From Lingula anatina (lineage: Eukaryota; Animalia; Brachiopoda): DNA of 64,000 nucleotides. The stretch lies in NCBI GenBank assembly GCA_051362555.1, contig CM120640.1, positions 13,516,001-13,580,000 on the forward strand, read 5' to 3'. A program made the position numbers and the translations under genes. Under the pieces are notes generated by a model. That model was not told where the DNA came from, did not search any database, and was given only the letters and a program-made list of their open reading frames with translations. This document shows, piece after piece, positions 1-12,400 of this stretch; the first letter of the stretch is position 1, and every line of letters begins with the position of its first letter.

Positions 1-412
1 AACATAATTATCATACCAGACTTTGGATCTCAGACCCGCTCGAAGCAGCACTAATTTTTATTTTCAGAAATATGTTTGTTAAATGCTCCCCAGCCCGCAT
101 AGCACGATCAATTCCTGGAATACTAGGGGTTGGGGATGGGGCCTTACAAACGACAAAAGCCGGGCCCAAAAATATGTTCTATACTTTAAAAATGCATTAT
201 ATTGAACTTTATTGCACGTCATTCGACCTCATCTAATTAGGAAGCGTCTGCGTTTTAAGATGATTCACTTCACTCTTATGGGAATGAAGAGAGTGGCAGG
301 CAAGGGAAAACACACATTCCATTGGAAACCGGGATTTCCAATCATCGGTGGGTGGGGGTTAAAACCTTGAAAATTCTGAGTGTTACCGATTCCATTCCAG
401 AAAGTGCTTTAT

Positions 413-434
413 ATTTATTCATTTATCTAACTAT

Positions 435-469
<35 letters not shown>

Positions 470-472
470 TTT
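413..472. repeat. (TTTA)n microsatellite
   Basis: Run of atttatttattt, about 60 bp, with a few interruptions. Confidence 0.85.
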
Positions 473-2277
473 GACAAAGTGTGACAAACGTCGTGTGAGT
501 AGAGTACTGTTTACATAAAACTGAACCCGGAATTGACCTTTGCCGGTGCCCTCGACCACATAATTGTAGCTTAGCTTGATTGGCTTTAATGATTAATGAT
601 AGTTATTTTTCATCTTTAAGGTGGTCGATTCGCATGGAGAAAGCTGATAATACTACGTTGACTTCTTTCTAGGACATATTTCGCATTTAGTCAAAGCTCA
701 TCCAATGTTTTTTATGCTAATAAAATTCATAAACACCCATAAGAATTTGGGGGAAAATCACGTATGATAGCGGTGGAATATCAACATCTCGAAAACGCTT
801 TCAGCATAACATGTAAGGACCTTGACTTTTAAGAGATATCACAAATAAGCTACTAAAGTAACCCTCCTAGACCAATGAATCCTTAGACCAATATTTCATG
901 GATCTAATGGCTATTTGAAAATATGACTAAAGTCATTAGCCGGATTTGTGCCTTTAAAAATTCACTATAAAAAGAAATAGTAGTCTAGCTTTGTTTTATT
1001 CCAAACAAAAAGGAGGCAGTCTAATACACTAATTACCAAACGATCACCCCCACGATACGAACATTTTCTTACTGTCGATAAAATTCCAACGAGGTTAACG
1101 TCCTCAATTCGCAAGAAAGATAGAGATAGCATTAAAATTACTTAATTTCATCAATATTCTATAATCATTTAATTTTATTATTATTCTAAAATTACTTAAT
1201 TATGTAAAAATACTATAATTCTGTTTTTTGCATGTTTTAATAATAGGCTTTATTGTTATTCCTTTGATTGGTAGTTTACATCAGTAAGTTTTATTCAGCA
1301 CAAGTGTCTTGAAATTACTGAAAAATCTAAAAAATAGCATTCATCAAAGTTTTGAAGACAGCTAAAATGTTTAAATTTCTCCATCAATCATACTTGATAA
1401 CCATCATCCCAGCAGTTTAATTTAGAAAAAATTGCAATTCTAATCAATCTGTTATCATAAAATGATAAAGCATATTTTAACGATGTAATCTTACAGGGTA
1501 ACATTTGCCCGCAAGCAAAGGGCGGCATGAAGGCAATGCCTGGAGAAAATAATCAGTCGACATAGTTCCTACATAGGGATTCTTTAACAGTTAAAAAAAC
1601 GTTATTGGATGCAGCTGGATGGTTTCTTTTTTAAAGATACTGGCAACAAGCCATGGTCTTTAGGCCATCACTCTGTTCTGTGCTCCTCCTCCTCCCCCCC
1701 CCCCCCCCCCCAAAAAAAAAAAAATTAATTAGTTAATTAAAAAGGTGAAGATGAGGTAGTATTCTCACAGATTAATTAATAGATAAGCAAATTAACACAT
1801 AGATGATATGGCTGCAATTTTCTTTAACTTTCTTTTTCGTTCATGAATGTGTTGGTGTAAGGTAGAATTCTGTTAATTCTAGCTTTCATTTTGCAAGTAT
1901 AGGCCTACTCTTTGGTGGCAGATAGAAGAATCTGCTTTGAAATGGGATGGCTGAAAGATAAGTTAAACTCATGGGTTTAGTATTTTAGTTGCTTTAATTG
2001 ACTCCTATTGCCCATTATATACTGTAGATACAAAACTAATAAAAAATGATAGGCCTAGAGTTAAACTTGGTCAAAACGTTGAAATAGAAAACATGGGACT
2101 CACATATGAGTCTGATACATGTAATAGGATTTTGAGGTGACCTTTTCCACTCTACGATTGCCGATATAACTGCACCTATAGGGCCTATATTTTGTTTTAG
2201 GGTGTTTTGTTTTGGTAATATACCGATATCAGAACTCGGTGCAAACAGACCGAACAGACACTGTGCCGTTATAGACT

Positions 2278-3665
2278 ATTATAATAATAATAATATAGTA
2301 ATAGTTTATTAGGTAAAATCGCAACCCTAACGTTGAAGATGTAGACAGTATGTTTAAAAGAAAATTGAAAATAAACTTTAAATCATAAACCAATAAATTA
2401 TTCCTAAAATACTACAGATTAAAAAGGCGTTCATGAATTACTACAAATTAAAAGGCAATAATTAACAAAGGAATTTTTTTAATCACTTTTGATTGTAAAA
2501 ATTTGGTGTTATTTCGTGTTTCTTTCGAGCAATAAATGACTCAATTTTTCACAATTTTGTAGTTTTGTATAAAACCTCTGATACAGCAAATGTCTACGTT
2601 TGTCTATAGTGTCGATGTTACAAACTTTTTCGGCATCGTCATAACTGAGACCAGGGCAAATAATCCTCAAGGCTCTCTTTTGAACTGACTCTAGACATTC
2701 AGATTGCTCAGCAGTCAGACCTTGTCCCCACACTAGACACGCAAATTCTAAAACTGATCTTAGTACAGACTGGTAGATAGGCCTAGTTAATAAATCTTGT
2801 ATGTCCAGTTTTGCCCTCTTTAGCTGTCTGAGATAAAAGAGCTTTAGGCTTCGTTCACATGGAATATCTATTTTCTATTCGCGGTATCTTATGATCACGG
2901 TCTGGGCCCTGAATATCCCGCCGCGTAATTACTGGCAGCACGAGCCAGTTACTTATAGTAACTTATAGTAACTGGCTCGCGCTGCCAGTAATTACGCCGC
3001 GGGATATTCAGGGCACAGACCGTGATCACAAGATATAGGCCCTACCGCGAATAGAAAATAGAATTTAGAAAATAGACATTCCATGTGAATGAAGCCTAAA
3101 ACATGCCTTAGCATACATGGTTTGGATGTGTTCAGCCCACTTAAGGTCTGGGGTTAAAATAACACCAAGTACGCCTATCTTAAACTCTTTGACCTTTTCC
3201 ACACATTCACCATCTATTTCCAATGTTGGTATTGTAAGATTACAGTTCTTGGTAAAAATTTATGTCCATCCACTTTGTCTTCCTGGCATCAAGTGTCATC
3301 TTGTTTTGCTTCACCCAGTCAGCCAATTGGTAGGTGCGGTGTTTCGCCGAATTTGCAAATTTAAAATGTAGATAGGCCCTACATGTACTCCGTATCATGA
3401 CTCTATCATCAACAAACTTAATGTCTGAGCAACAAGTTTTCAGGTCATTGATCATTGCAAGGAAAAGAATGGAGTCTATTTTAAAGCCCTGAGGCACCCC
3501 TCCCACTAGCTGAACCCAATCAGATTTAAAGCTACTGCATTTTACTCGTTGCAACCGTTCGCAAAGAAAGGAATAAATCCAACGTCTTAGAAAGTCTGGT
3601 AGGCCTATCCCTTGAATTTCAATTTTTTCCATTAAGATACTGTAGTCAATCCTGTCAAATCCTCC
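2278..3665 (-). mobile_element. 5'-truncated, decayed non-LTR retrotransposon (CR1/L2-group-like reverse transcriptase C-terminal half plus 3' tail)
   Basis: Minus-strand fragments carry LINE RT motifs: WIYSFLCERLQRVK, GVPQG, FLAMINDL, KFVDD (YADD-type), and LESVQKRALRII in ORF 2509-2733. The reading frame is broken by frameshifts. The 3' end has AATAAA (plus-strand tttatt near 2305) followed by an (ATT)n tail at about 2278-2295. It is interrupted by the MITE at 2847-3096. Confidence 0.85.
2847..3096. mobile_element. PIF/Harbinger-like palindromic MITE (internally deleted), inserted in the LINE
   Basis: Ends GGCTTCGTTCACATGGAA...TTCCATGTGAATGAAGCC; nearly the whole element folds back. Flanks are TTA and TAA (TWA target). 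Same family as 27357-28174. Confidence 0.85.
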
Positions 3666-3789
3666 AAGTCGTCTCTCCTCCCTATTGTCGACAAGTAAAT
3701 GATAAGATTTCCATTTTAAATCTACATTAAAAAAAAAAAACGTCGTTAGGTTTCTGGAAGACTCGAAAACTCACAGACTCATAGACTGA

Positions 3790-3887
3790 TTCGTTTAGTT
3801 GCCGCCAGGAGCGCTACTGCATCATGAAAAAACAAGATGGCAGCTCCCACATGTTGGATACTGGCAAACTGATCATATCATGTAAAG
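3790..3887 (+). other. MRPL24: Probable non-coding first exon / TSS region of MRPL24
   Basis: Locally CpG-richer, with a YY1-like AAGATGGCAG at about 3834 and a strong donor AAAG|GTAAGA at 3887. The next acceptor (6405) is immediately followed by the MRPL24 ATG. The start coordinate is approximate. Confidence 0.55.
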
Positions 3888-4411
3888 GTAAGATATTTGA
3901 AGTTGGTGGGTTGTGGACCTTATTTTGAATTAAAATAAATGATTCCTTCACTGAGATGACGGCTAGATCTCTTTCTCTGTCTCACCCTCTCCCTCTCTCT
4001 CATTCGGATTCGATTAGGATAATGCATCTCTGACTTTATTCAAATTAGTGTAGTAATGACGTTAAAAATGCTACCATGCTACTGTACATGTACTTGGTAG
4101 GTGCTCACTTAGTGACTTTCCAATGCATCATTTTAAAAAATGAACCAAAAGATGCCCAGCTTGATTTTAGCCCCTAAATAGTGTCACAGACACTTTCAAT
4201 TTGTCACACAATAAGTATTCCCCCCCCCCCCCCCCCCAAGATTTTGGAAAAATTATTAATTTGGTTGGGATTGACCCAGTCCATTCAAAGACTCTTAATT
4301 TTCATTCAGTCAGCCTCTTAATGAGTATTATAAATGGTATTAATGATCTCGCTTATTGCAGTATTCTAAAGTTTTCTGGGGCACATTTTCTGTGGTTGTA
4401 AATTTCATAAA

Positions 4412-4578
4412 CAGGGGCGGATTCAGAGATATTTTCTGACAGTCTTCCAAATTATCTTTGTTGATCCATTCTTCTTTTTTGACCGTCTTCCAACAAAAAA
4501 ATTAGATACCCGTCAATGTTAACGTGAAAATCTGACCGTCTTCTGTAAGACCCAGAAGACGGCCTAAATCCGCCCCTG
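4412..4578. mobile_element. ~168-bp MITE with CAGGGGCGGA TIRs and 5-bp TSD (copy 1)
   Basis: CAGGGGCGGATT...AATCCGCCCCTG; flanks ATAAA/ATTAA. Near-identical copies at 5239 and 52792. Confidence 0.85.
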
Positions 4579-5238
4579 ATTAACCTTTCAAACTTTGAAA
4601 GGTACAGTTAAGAGCACAGCAAATTATGAACTTTGGTTTAGAGCAATTAATTGTCTTGATTGCAGTTGGAGTTATTCTGCTGGGACTTGTGAGTTGCAGT
4701 ATCTAAGTAGCTATATTAACTACATATATGACCAACCCTGTAGTAATTATCAGCCTAGGTACACCCTTGGAATTCTTCACAGTGTCACAACTAGTAGAAT
4801 CTTCACAGTGTCACAACTAGTAGAAAAAACATGTAAAGAATGAGCCAGATACATATCTGTGAATACGTATTGAATAATCAATCTGTGACCCTGATATAGA
4901 GGATACCCGCAAGAAAACGCAGTAGACTACTGCAATCATACTGCAATCGTTAATGCTTTTTTGCTATTTCGATACTACTGCATTTTCGTGCGGGTAGGAC
5001 TTGACAGGGACAAGTCAACTGCTGTGCCTGAGAATCAGTGCAAAGCCAAACAGTGACCAACCCTGTAATTATCACTTGGAATTTGTTACATGGTCACAGT
5101 AGAGAACTGTGTCATGAATTAGTCAGACGTGTATGTGAACATCTAGTGAAAATCAGTCTGTTGCACTGTTAAAGGTTAGGACTGAGCAGGGAAGTATCAA
5201 CTGCTGTGCCTCAGAAGATGTATGCAAATGACCAACCC

Positions 5239-5406
5239 CAGGGGCGGATCCAGAGATATTTTCTGACAGTCTTCCAAATTATCTTTGTTGATCCATCTTC
5301 CATTTTTGACCGTCTTCCTACAGAAAACATAAGATGGCTGACAATGTAAACTTGAAAATCTGACCGTCTTCCAGAAGACCCAGAAGATGGCCTAAATCCA
5401 CCCCTG
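5239..5406. mobile_element. ~168-bp MITE with CAGGGGCGGA TIRs and 5-bp TSD (copy 2)
   Basis: Perfect AACCC TSD. The empty-site sequence tgaccaaccctgta is seen in neighbouring local repeat units at about 4729 and 5054. Confidence 0.9.
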
Positions 5407-6405
5407 AACCCTGTAGTAATTATCACTTATATTTCGTGACCAGATCAAGGTAGAGAAAATGCCGAAAATTAGCCTGAATACCTAGTAAAAATCAATCAGT
5501 GGCCCTGGTAGAGGTTAGTATCAATACACGTACCAATTCAGTTATAGTTTACAGACAAAAGACACACTGAGCCCCACATAAGCATGTACGTACATTCCAA
5601 TAACTTATAAGATGCCTCAAATTGCCTCAGTTTTTTCTAAAATTTCCTACACTGTGGGTTCCCCTTTCGATTTGAATCTTACCTGCAGGTCTGCTTTAAA
5701 TTTCTTAATATTTATTTAGTAGGCTCTGTCTGAAGTTTAATTTACATAATCCTCTAGCAAAAAGCAGCTGCTCTGGTAACACCAGTACATTGGAAACAGT
5801 GCATATAACGGCCTTTAGTATTTACTTTCAATCAATTTCTGATATATAAATTTTTTGATTTTCTTGTTTATTTTGGTACATAATGACATTCAAATGTAGT
5901 TCATGATTATGGATAAAAAAAGTAGCAGGTAAAATGGGAAAACTCTGCAAAAAAGACCAGATTATAAGCTCCCTCCTTAAAGTGACCTAATTTTTTGCCT
6001 AAGAAATCATTTGGCAATTTGACCTTTTTTCTTTTTATTGGTGCATAAGACCTTTTTCTCCAGAAAAGTTTGTGGATTTTTCTCTTCAAGGTAGCTTTTT
6101 AAAGAAAAAAACAATATGTATTACTAAAGATTATGAGACAAGGGAAATATTTGGTTTAAAAAAGCTAGTTTATGTCCACACAAATTTTGGCAAACAGACA
6201 AATTACATTAAAATTAAAAAAAAAAAATGTTGTTCTTTTTCATTGTTATGTTGGTTGTTCACAAATTTTGGACTTTATCAGTGTTGCTTCTTCTGTCAGT
6301 TTTGCCATTTACATGTCTGTCCATTTGACACATTTGCTGCCTATTTAGAATTAAAATACTTATGACAAAAGATAAAAAAAAATCCCCCTTTTCTTGCATT
6401 ATCAG

Positions 6406-9400
6406 ATGAAGCTTACGCAGCAGTTGATGTGTAGTTATTGGAAACGCTATGTGGACCGTCACTTTATTCTAACATGGAGATGGAAAGGGCAGCTAAAAGG
6501 CCAAGAACCAGTCGTTATGAAAAGATGGCATCTTGGTAAAGACAGGCCGTGGACCACAAATAGCCGCTTTCAGCAGTTAGACGTACCACCACAAGAGGGT
6601 GAAGTTGTGATGAGAAGAAAAAACTTTGTGGAACCATTAGAAAAATGGCCAATATTTAAAGGGGACCAGGTAAACTCATATAATGAGGTGGAATCAGGAT
6701 AAGATTGGGTAAAATTTGTCCAGTAATTCACATTTTAATTAAATGACTCAGTATCAGATTACTTTAACAATACCTTTGTCTTGGAGTCTGACATTTTTCA
6801 TGCTTTTGTATGACTATTAATATTTTTTAAATTTCTCTTTTAAAAACTTTATAGTTCTTTGTTGTGAAATATAATAATAAATCACTTCCGAGTATGTTAA
6901 ACTCCTTCAAAATTCAACTTATTCCTAAGAAAGCTTCTGCAGCTTCAATACTTTTGGGTTTATTGAACATTTTTGACCCACAGGTCTTGTTGTGTGTGCG
7001 TGTATGTGTGCATGTTTTTACATTACTTATAATACTGAAGTATCATCGTGCAGTGTGACAGTAGCTCTGCTTAGAACTGATATAGGTTGCCTGTACATGT
7101 GTCAGCTGTAGTTGGCTTGTATTTCTCAAATTTTAAGCACAACTTGTTATATGGTATAAATTCTTCATTATATTCTCTACTCTACAAGATTATATTTCGC
7201 TTTAAACTATATAAGAATGTTACTTGTTCAAACTTGATATAGGGACTGTGCATTCTTATTTTTTTTTTACACAATAATAATAAAGTAAAATGAAAAACAA
7301 CATCTGAATACTATTTCTCATTCATTAACATTTACTAGTAAACAAATATGCTAGTTACAGGAATAAAAACTTCACTTAATTTAAACGGGAGCACAGACTA
7401 TTCCACTGGAATATATTAATTAATGATGAATGATTCAAGAATTCTAGCTATACAGTAAGCATGCATTTTATAAAATGATTATGGTGTAATCAAATGATTT
7501 TAAGGAAAATTGGTGTATTTTGGTTGAACAATGCAAATAATTTTAAATGGACAGACCAGCCAGGGCTGCTTGTTACAATTATCATTTTTAAAAGGAGAAA
7601 TACAATCCGTAATACCCAACATACATTGAAAAATCCCCATCTTGTTTTTCTTTATTTTTTAGATTGCCTTTTAAATTAATCCAAATCTTGAGGAGTTGCA
7701 TTTTACTGTGCATGCATGCCCCCGTATACATATGTGTACATGTTATTTGAAGTCTGGCGTGTCTGGATAGTTGCATCCCCAGTGTTGTATGACAGTCTTA
7801 GCAGCATACTGGCCACAGCGAATACAGTCCTCTATAGGCCTGCCCTGCACCACTTGAGACAGAAAACCACCCATGAATGCATCTCCACAGCCATTGGTGT
7901 CTTTGATTATAGAGGGATCCACAGGAGTTACAGGGTATTCCTTGACTTCCCCTTCAGCTGCAGCCACCATAGGGTCTCTACCTTGTGTAAACAGGACAAT
8001 TCGCTTACGGTCTTTGTTCTTCTTTGGCAGATCTACTGTCTTTGAGGCCATCTCTTTTAGGTCATCAGTCTCTATTCCTGCGCGGCTTGTGAAACGCTCA
8101 GCCTCATTCTCATTCCCAATTAATATATCGATGTAAGGCATTATATCAATATCTGGATCAGCAAAATATCTACACAGAAATCCAGCTGAAAGATTCATAA
8201 CAAGAGTCTTTTTCTTCTCAGCAGCATGTTTGGCAATTTTCATTATAGCTTCAGTGCAAACAGGAAACACAAACCCCCCAATGTAGTAGAACTGAGCCTT
8301 CTCCACCAGGGCCCATGTCTCTGGGTCATCCAGGAAGTCCACGTTAAGGTAGTTTGCTGCCCCAAGACTGGACACTAGAGATCTATTCTCACCAGTAATA
8401 ATAGAAGCACACACCCCTGTAGGATAATCTTTATTAACCTGGTAGTGAACATTAACACCAACTTCTGCAGCTTTGTTTCTTAAGATTTCAGCTAAGTCGT
8501 CCTGTCCCACACACCCCATAAAAGTAGTTGCATTGGACTTCCCTAGTAACCACTGGGCCACACGAATAGAGTTCTGGGTGGCACCTCCTGGCATATAAGT
8601 GGGTTTGTATTTTTCTGTCAGTTCTCTAAACATGCCTTCATGCTTTTCCTCAGCAATTATGGCATTGTTGGCCTCCAGGTCGTACTTTTTCAAGAACTCC
8701 ACGTCTGCCGTGACAGTCATATCCAGGAGGGGGTTTCCAAGCCCAAGCAACACTCCCTCTGGGACGTCAGCGGCCATCTTAGGATCAATCTGCACTTTCC
8801 GACGCTTGCTAGCTTTTACCTGGGAAATAGATGAATTGATCTTATACACAGAAGATAAACGTAAAATAATATTTAAGTGTGATAAAGATTTAACCTTTGA
8901 CAATATCTGGATGATAACTTGCCTAAATAAATACCTCAGTAGGTCAGACGAAATTGTCAGCTGGATGAGGTTAGAATATGCTAGGTGTCTGTAGAGCAGA
9001 TCTGAGTAGGCAAACAAACTGAATCAGTAGGCTAAAGGTCAGTCAGAAGAAGACGTGCATCTCCACATTTGGTTTCTCAGAAACCTAAGCAGTGTTGAGC
9101 ATGGGGAAATATGGATCGGGTTTCTACATAGCCAGGTAGGCAGACACCTACTAGGCAAATGGTGTTACCAAAATGTGAAAATAGTACCCTTTATGTGTGT
9201 GTGCCAAGGAAGAAGTAAACAGTAAAGAGAACGACTAACTAGCATTAACTCATTTGGCAGAGCAGTTAATTTTTGGTACATTTATAGATATCTACAAAGT
9301 AACATGAACAACGGGTAAGATTTTAAATCATGTCAGGTGTCAGTAAGAACTGTATGTAGGTTGAAGATTTATGAACGGAGTGAGTGTTTGGATATATTAG

Positions 9401-12400
9401 TTCACTGGTGTTTATATATTCTCAGTAACAAAATGCATAAACAGTACATACAAAACCTTCACATATAACACTATTCAGGTTCAGGCAGGCTATATGTAGG
9501 CCATGGAAGTATTAGGCACTATTAATAATTACAAGTGTATTGAATTTTATAATCTCTTTGTGTAAATCTAAAAAATAATGAATCCAGGACACTAAATTTG
9601 CTACATGTTGTCCATGCAGATATTTTTCACAAGTTATGAAATCTAAACAGTTCAAAGATTTAGTGAGTAGGCTTAACATGGGCATTGCACATGTATAGTC
9701 ATTTTGCATAGTACAATACCTGGTCAGACACATCCTGGAGGCTTATTTGAATCATTCTCTGGAATTTGACTGATATTGGAAGAAAAGTCTGGAGGAAAGT
9801 GTGCAGCTTTACGGTTATACGCATAGTCTGTGTATTGATTGCTGCACTCAGGCCGAAGTAAAGTGAAAAAGCATTGCTATGCACTAGTGTATTGTGTGCT
9901 GGGTAAACATGCTGAGCTGGTTCATATGTAGGTCATGCGTAAAATACAGTGGTCCTTTCCCTTGACCTACTTACCTGCATGTGAATTCTTACACCTGTAT
10001 TAGGTTGACCTGTGTAATGTGCAGTTGATGAAAATTTTATAAATCTTTGTAAGCTGTTTTTTTTTATGGTTCAGGGTGATCATATGTAAAAAATATTGAT
10101 TGCTATATTCAAAATAAAGTGTATTTTACCTCCCCGGATAATATAAATGATAAATGATAATTGTAACAGACTAAAATGCTGTAGTGGAGGATGTACAGGC
10201 ACTCATAAATTTAGATTTAATAGTGCTGTATTAGTTTCACCTACAGTTAAACACATTATTTATAGTCTGACATCGATCTTGTTGGAAAATACATAGAGCT
10301 ATGAAGTATATATCAATCCTTAATTTGCAAATAAGTAGGCATTCAAGCACAGGTACACAGTATAGCTATAGTTATGGTATTTTCTGTTTATTGTTATTGA
10401 AATATTGAGAATTCCCTGAGCAAAAATATAGTCATCCCTGTGACATCTGTATTTATCACTCTTTTGCATCTGAGTGACAGACAGCTGCAGGTTGACACCT
10501 TTTCCTCACATTGTTGACATCGTTTTACTACAATATGACTTAGTTCTTGCCCTGTTACATCATATATATTTTTACATAGACTGTCATATATATATATATA
10601 TATTTTTTTTTTAAATATATTAAATATCAATATTTCGTCCAAATGAGCAATTGGCCTACTTTTGTGTTGCAGTGCTGCAAAGGTTTTACAATAGGGACAA
10701 TTATGTGTGATTTTCTGAGACCCATTACCTTATGTCTGACATTTCAGCTTGTAATTAGCTTATGTATGACTGACTTTAATTCATTTTCAAATACTTGAAT
10801 CCCTGTGATTTTGCAGTGCATTAAGATGCTACCCTTTCTTGGCAGGTTTATGTACTGGAAGGAAAAGATGCTGGAAAAATTGGCATTGTAAATAGTGTGT
10901 GGCCAGAACGCAACTGGGTCTTTGTGGAAGGTCTCAACTGTGTAAGTATATATACATATACATACATATATGTATGTTACCAGGGACTTTTCAATTTGAA
11001 AAAAAAAAGTGAATTCACTGTCTTATGAAGATTTTTATGATTGATAACCATCGTGTACACATGTATATGCCATGTTTAATCGTTTGAACCCCGTTAGTTG
11101 TACATGTATCAGATTAAATTTATTTATTGACAGATTTTGAAATGGTGCTTACAATCAAACAGTTATTAAGATTAATTTACTGAAATGATTCCTAGCATTA
11201 TGTTACAAATAAAGCTCTATTTAAAACTATCCAAAAGTCTGTAATAGATCATCAGACAGTCGTACAACAATGTGTCAGTTTGGTCCAGCCCCCAGTTAAA
11301 TGAGCAGGTGCTCGACAAAAATGCTGTCGGAGTATTGGGGTGTCACCTTGAGCTTAAGAGAGAACTTGAAATAAACCTGAACATTATATCATTGCTCTGC
11401 TGTAACTTGAAACAGTAGAGGTGTGCTGTAATGTAGAGGTTTGTTTTTTAAGTAATCTCTGAAGCTTAGGGTGCTCTTAGACCATGTTCCGCTGTGCCAT
11501 CTGCTGTACATAAACATTTCATGCTTACACACTAAAAATAGGTACTTCGCTGGTAATTTTGCTGTCAGCGACTCTTCAGTGAACACCTCCCACCGAATGG
11601 TGTCCACTTGCAAATAGAGGTTCAGAAAGCAGTAAAATGGATGTGACACTTCTTTGACACTGTCATGAGTAAATGGATCATTTGTGCATGATGGCCTAGC
11701 ACAGGTATTCACTGCAGCCAAGATTAGCAGGACCAAAGATGGGCCTCTACTCTCTTATTATATAGATACTTCTGCCCTTTGACAGGCATACTACCTTTTT
11801 ATTTTACAGAAATTTGTGGAAAACCAGTTGTCGGATGACGCTTCTGATCCACCTGAACTCACTCGTGAAGAGCAGCCACTGTTGGTTACAGAACATGTGA
11901 AACTTGTTGACCCCTCAGACATGCAAGTGTTGACAGCCCAATTTCTAATTTATCTTCGTTTTATTTTTAATGAGTCTTTGACCTTTCTGACCTTTGTAAA
12001 CAATGGTAGTAGATCAATGACAGGTCCCACTATTTTTACATAAAGGAGCAGAAAATTTAGACAAAGAATCAGTTTTAATATAATTTTATTGATAGACTTA
12101 TTTTAGATTTTTTATAAGCATAGATTAATCTTTTTAGCCTCCCAAGTATCAGTTTGTAAAATGTTTTTTTTTTCTTTTAAAAAAATGAATGTGTATGTAA
12201 GAATAGTTTTATTTATTTATTTGGTGAAAGGAAACATATCTTGTCATAATACATGCCATGTTATTTGCATAATCTATCACTCCAGGCAGCCGACAGACTT
12301 TGAATGGCGCTATGATGAGGAAGGCAATGAGGTCAGGGTGTCCAGCAGGTCAGGGAGGGTAATACCACTACCATCAGGAGCTCAGCAATTGGAAGACTTC

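Noticed and set aside
8820-9017. N-terminal 66 aa of the 424-aa ORF 7743-9017
   Set aside because: Non-ATG start and no ADK similarity. It lies upstream of a good acceptor at 8819, so it is intronic read-through.
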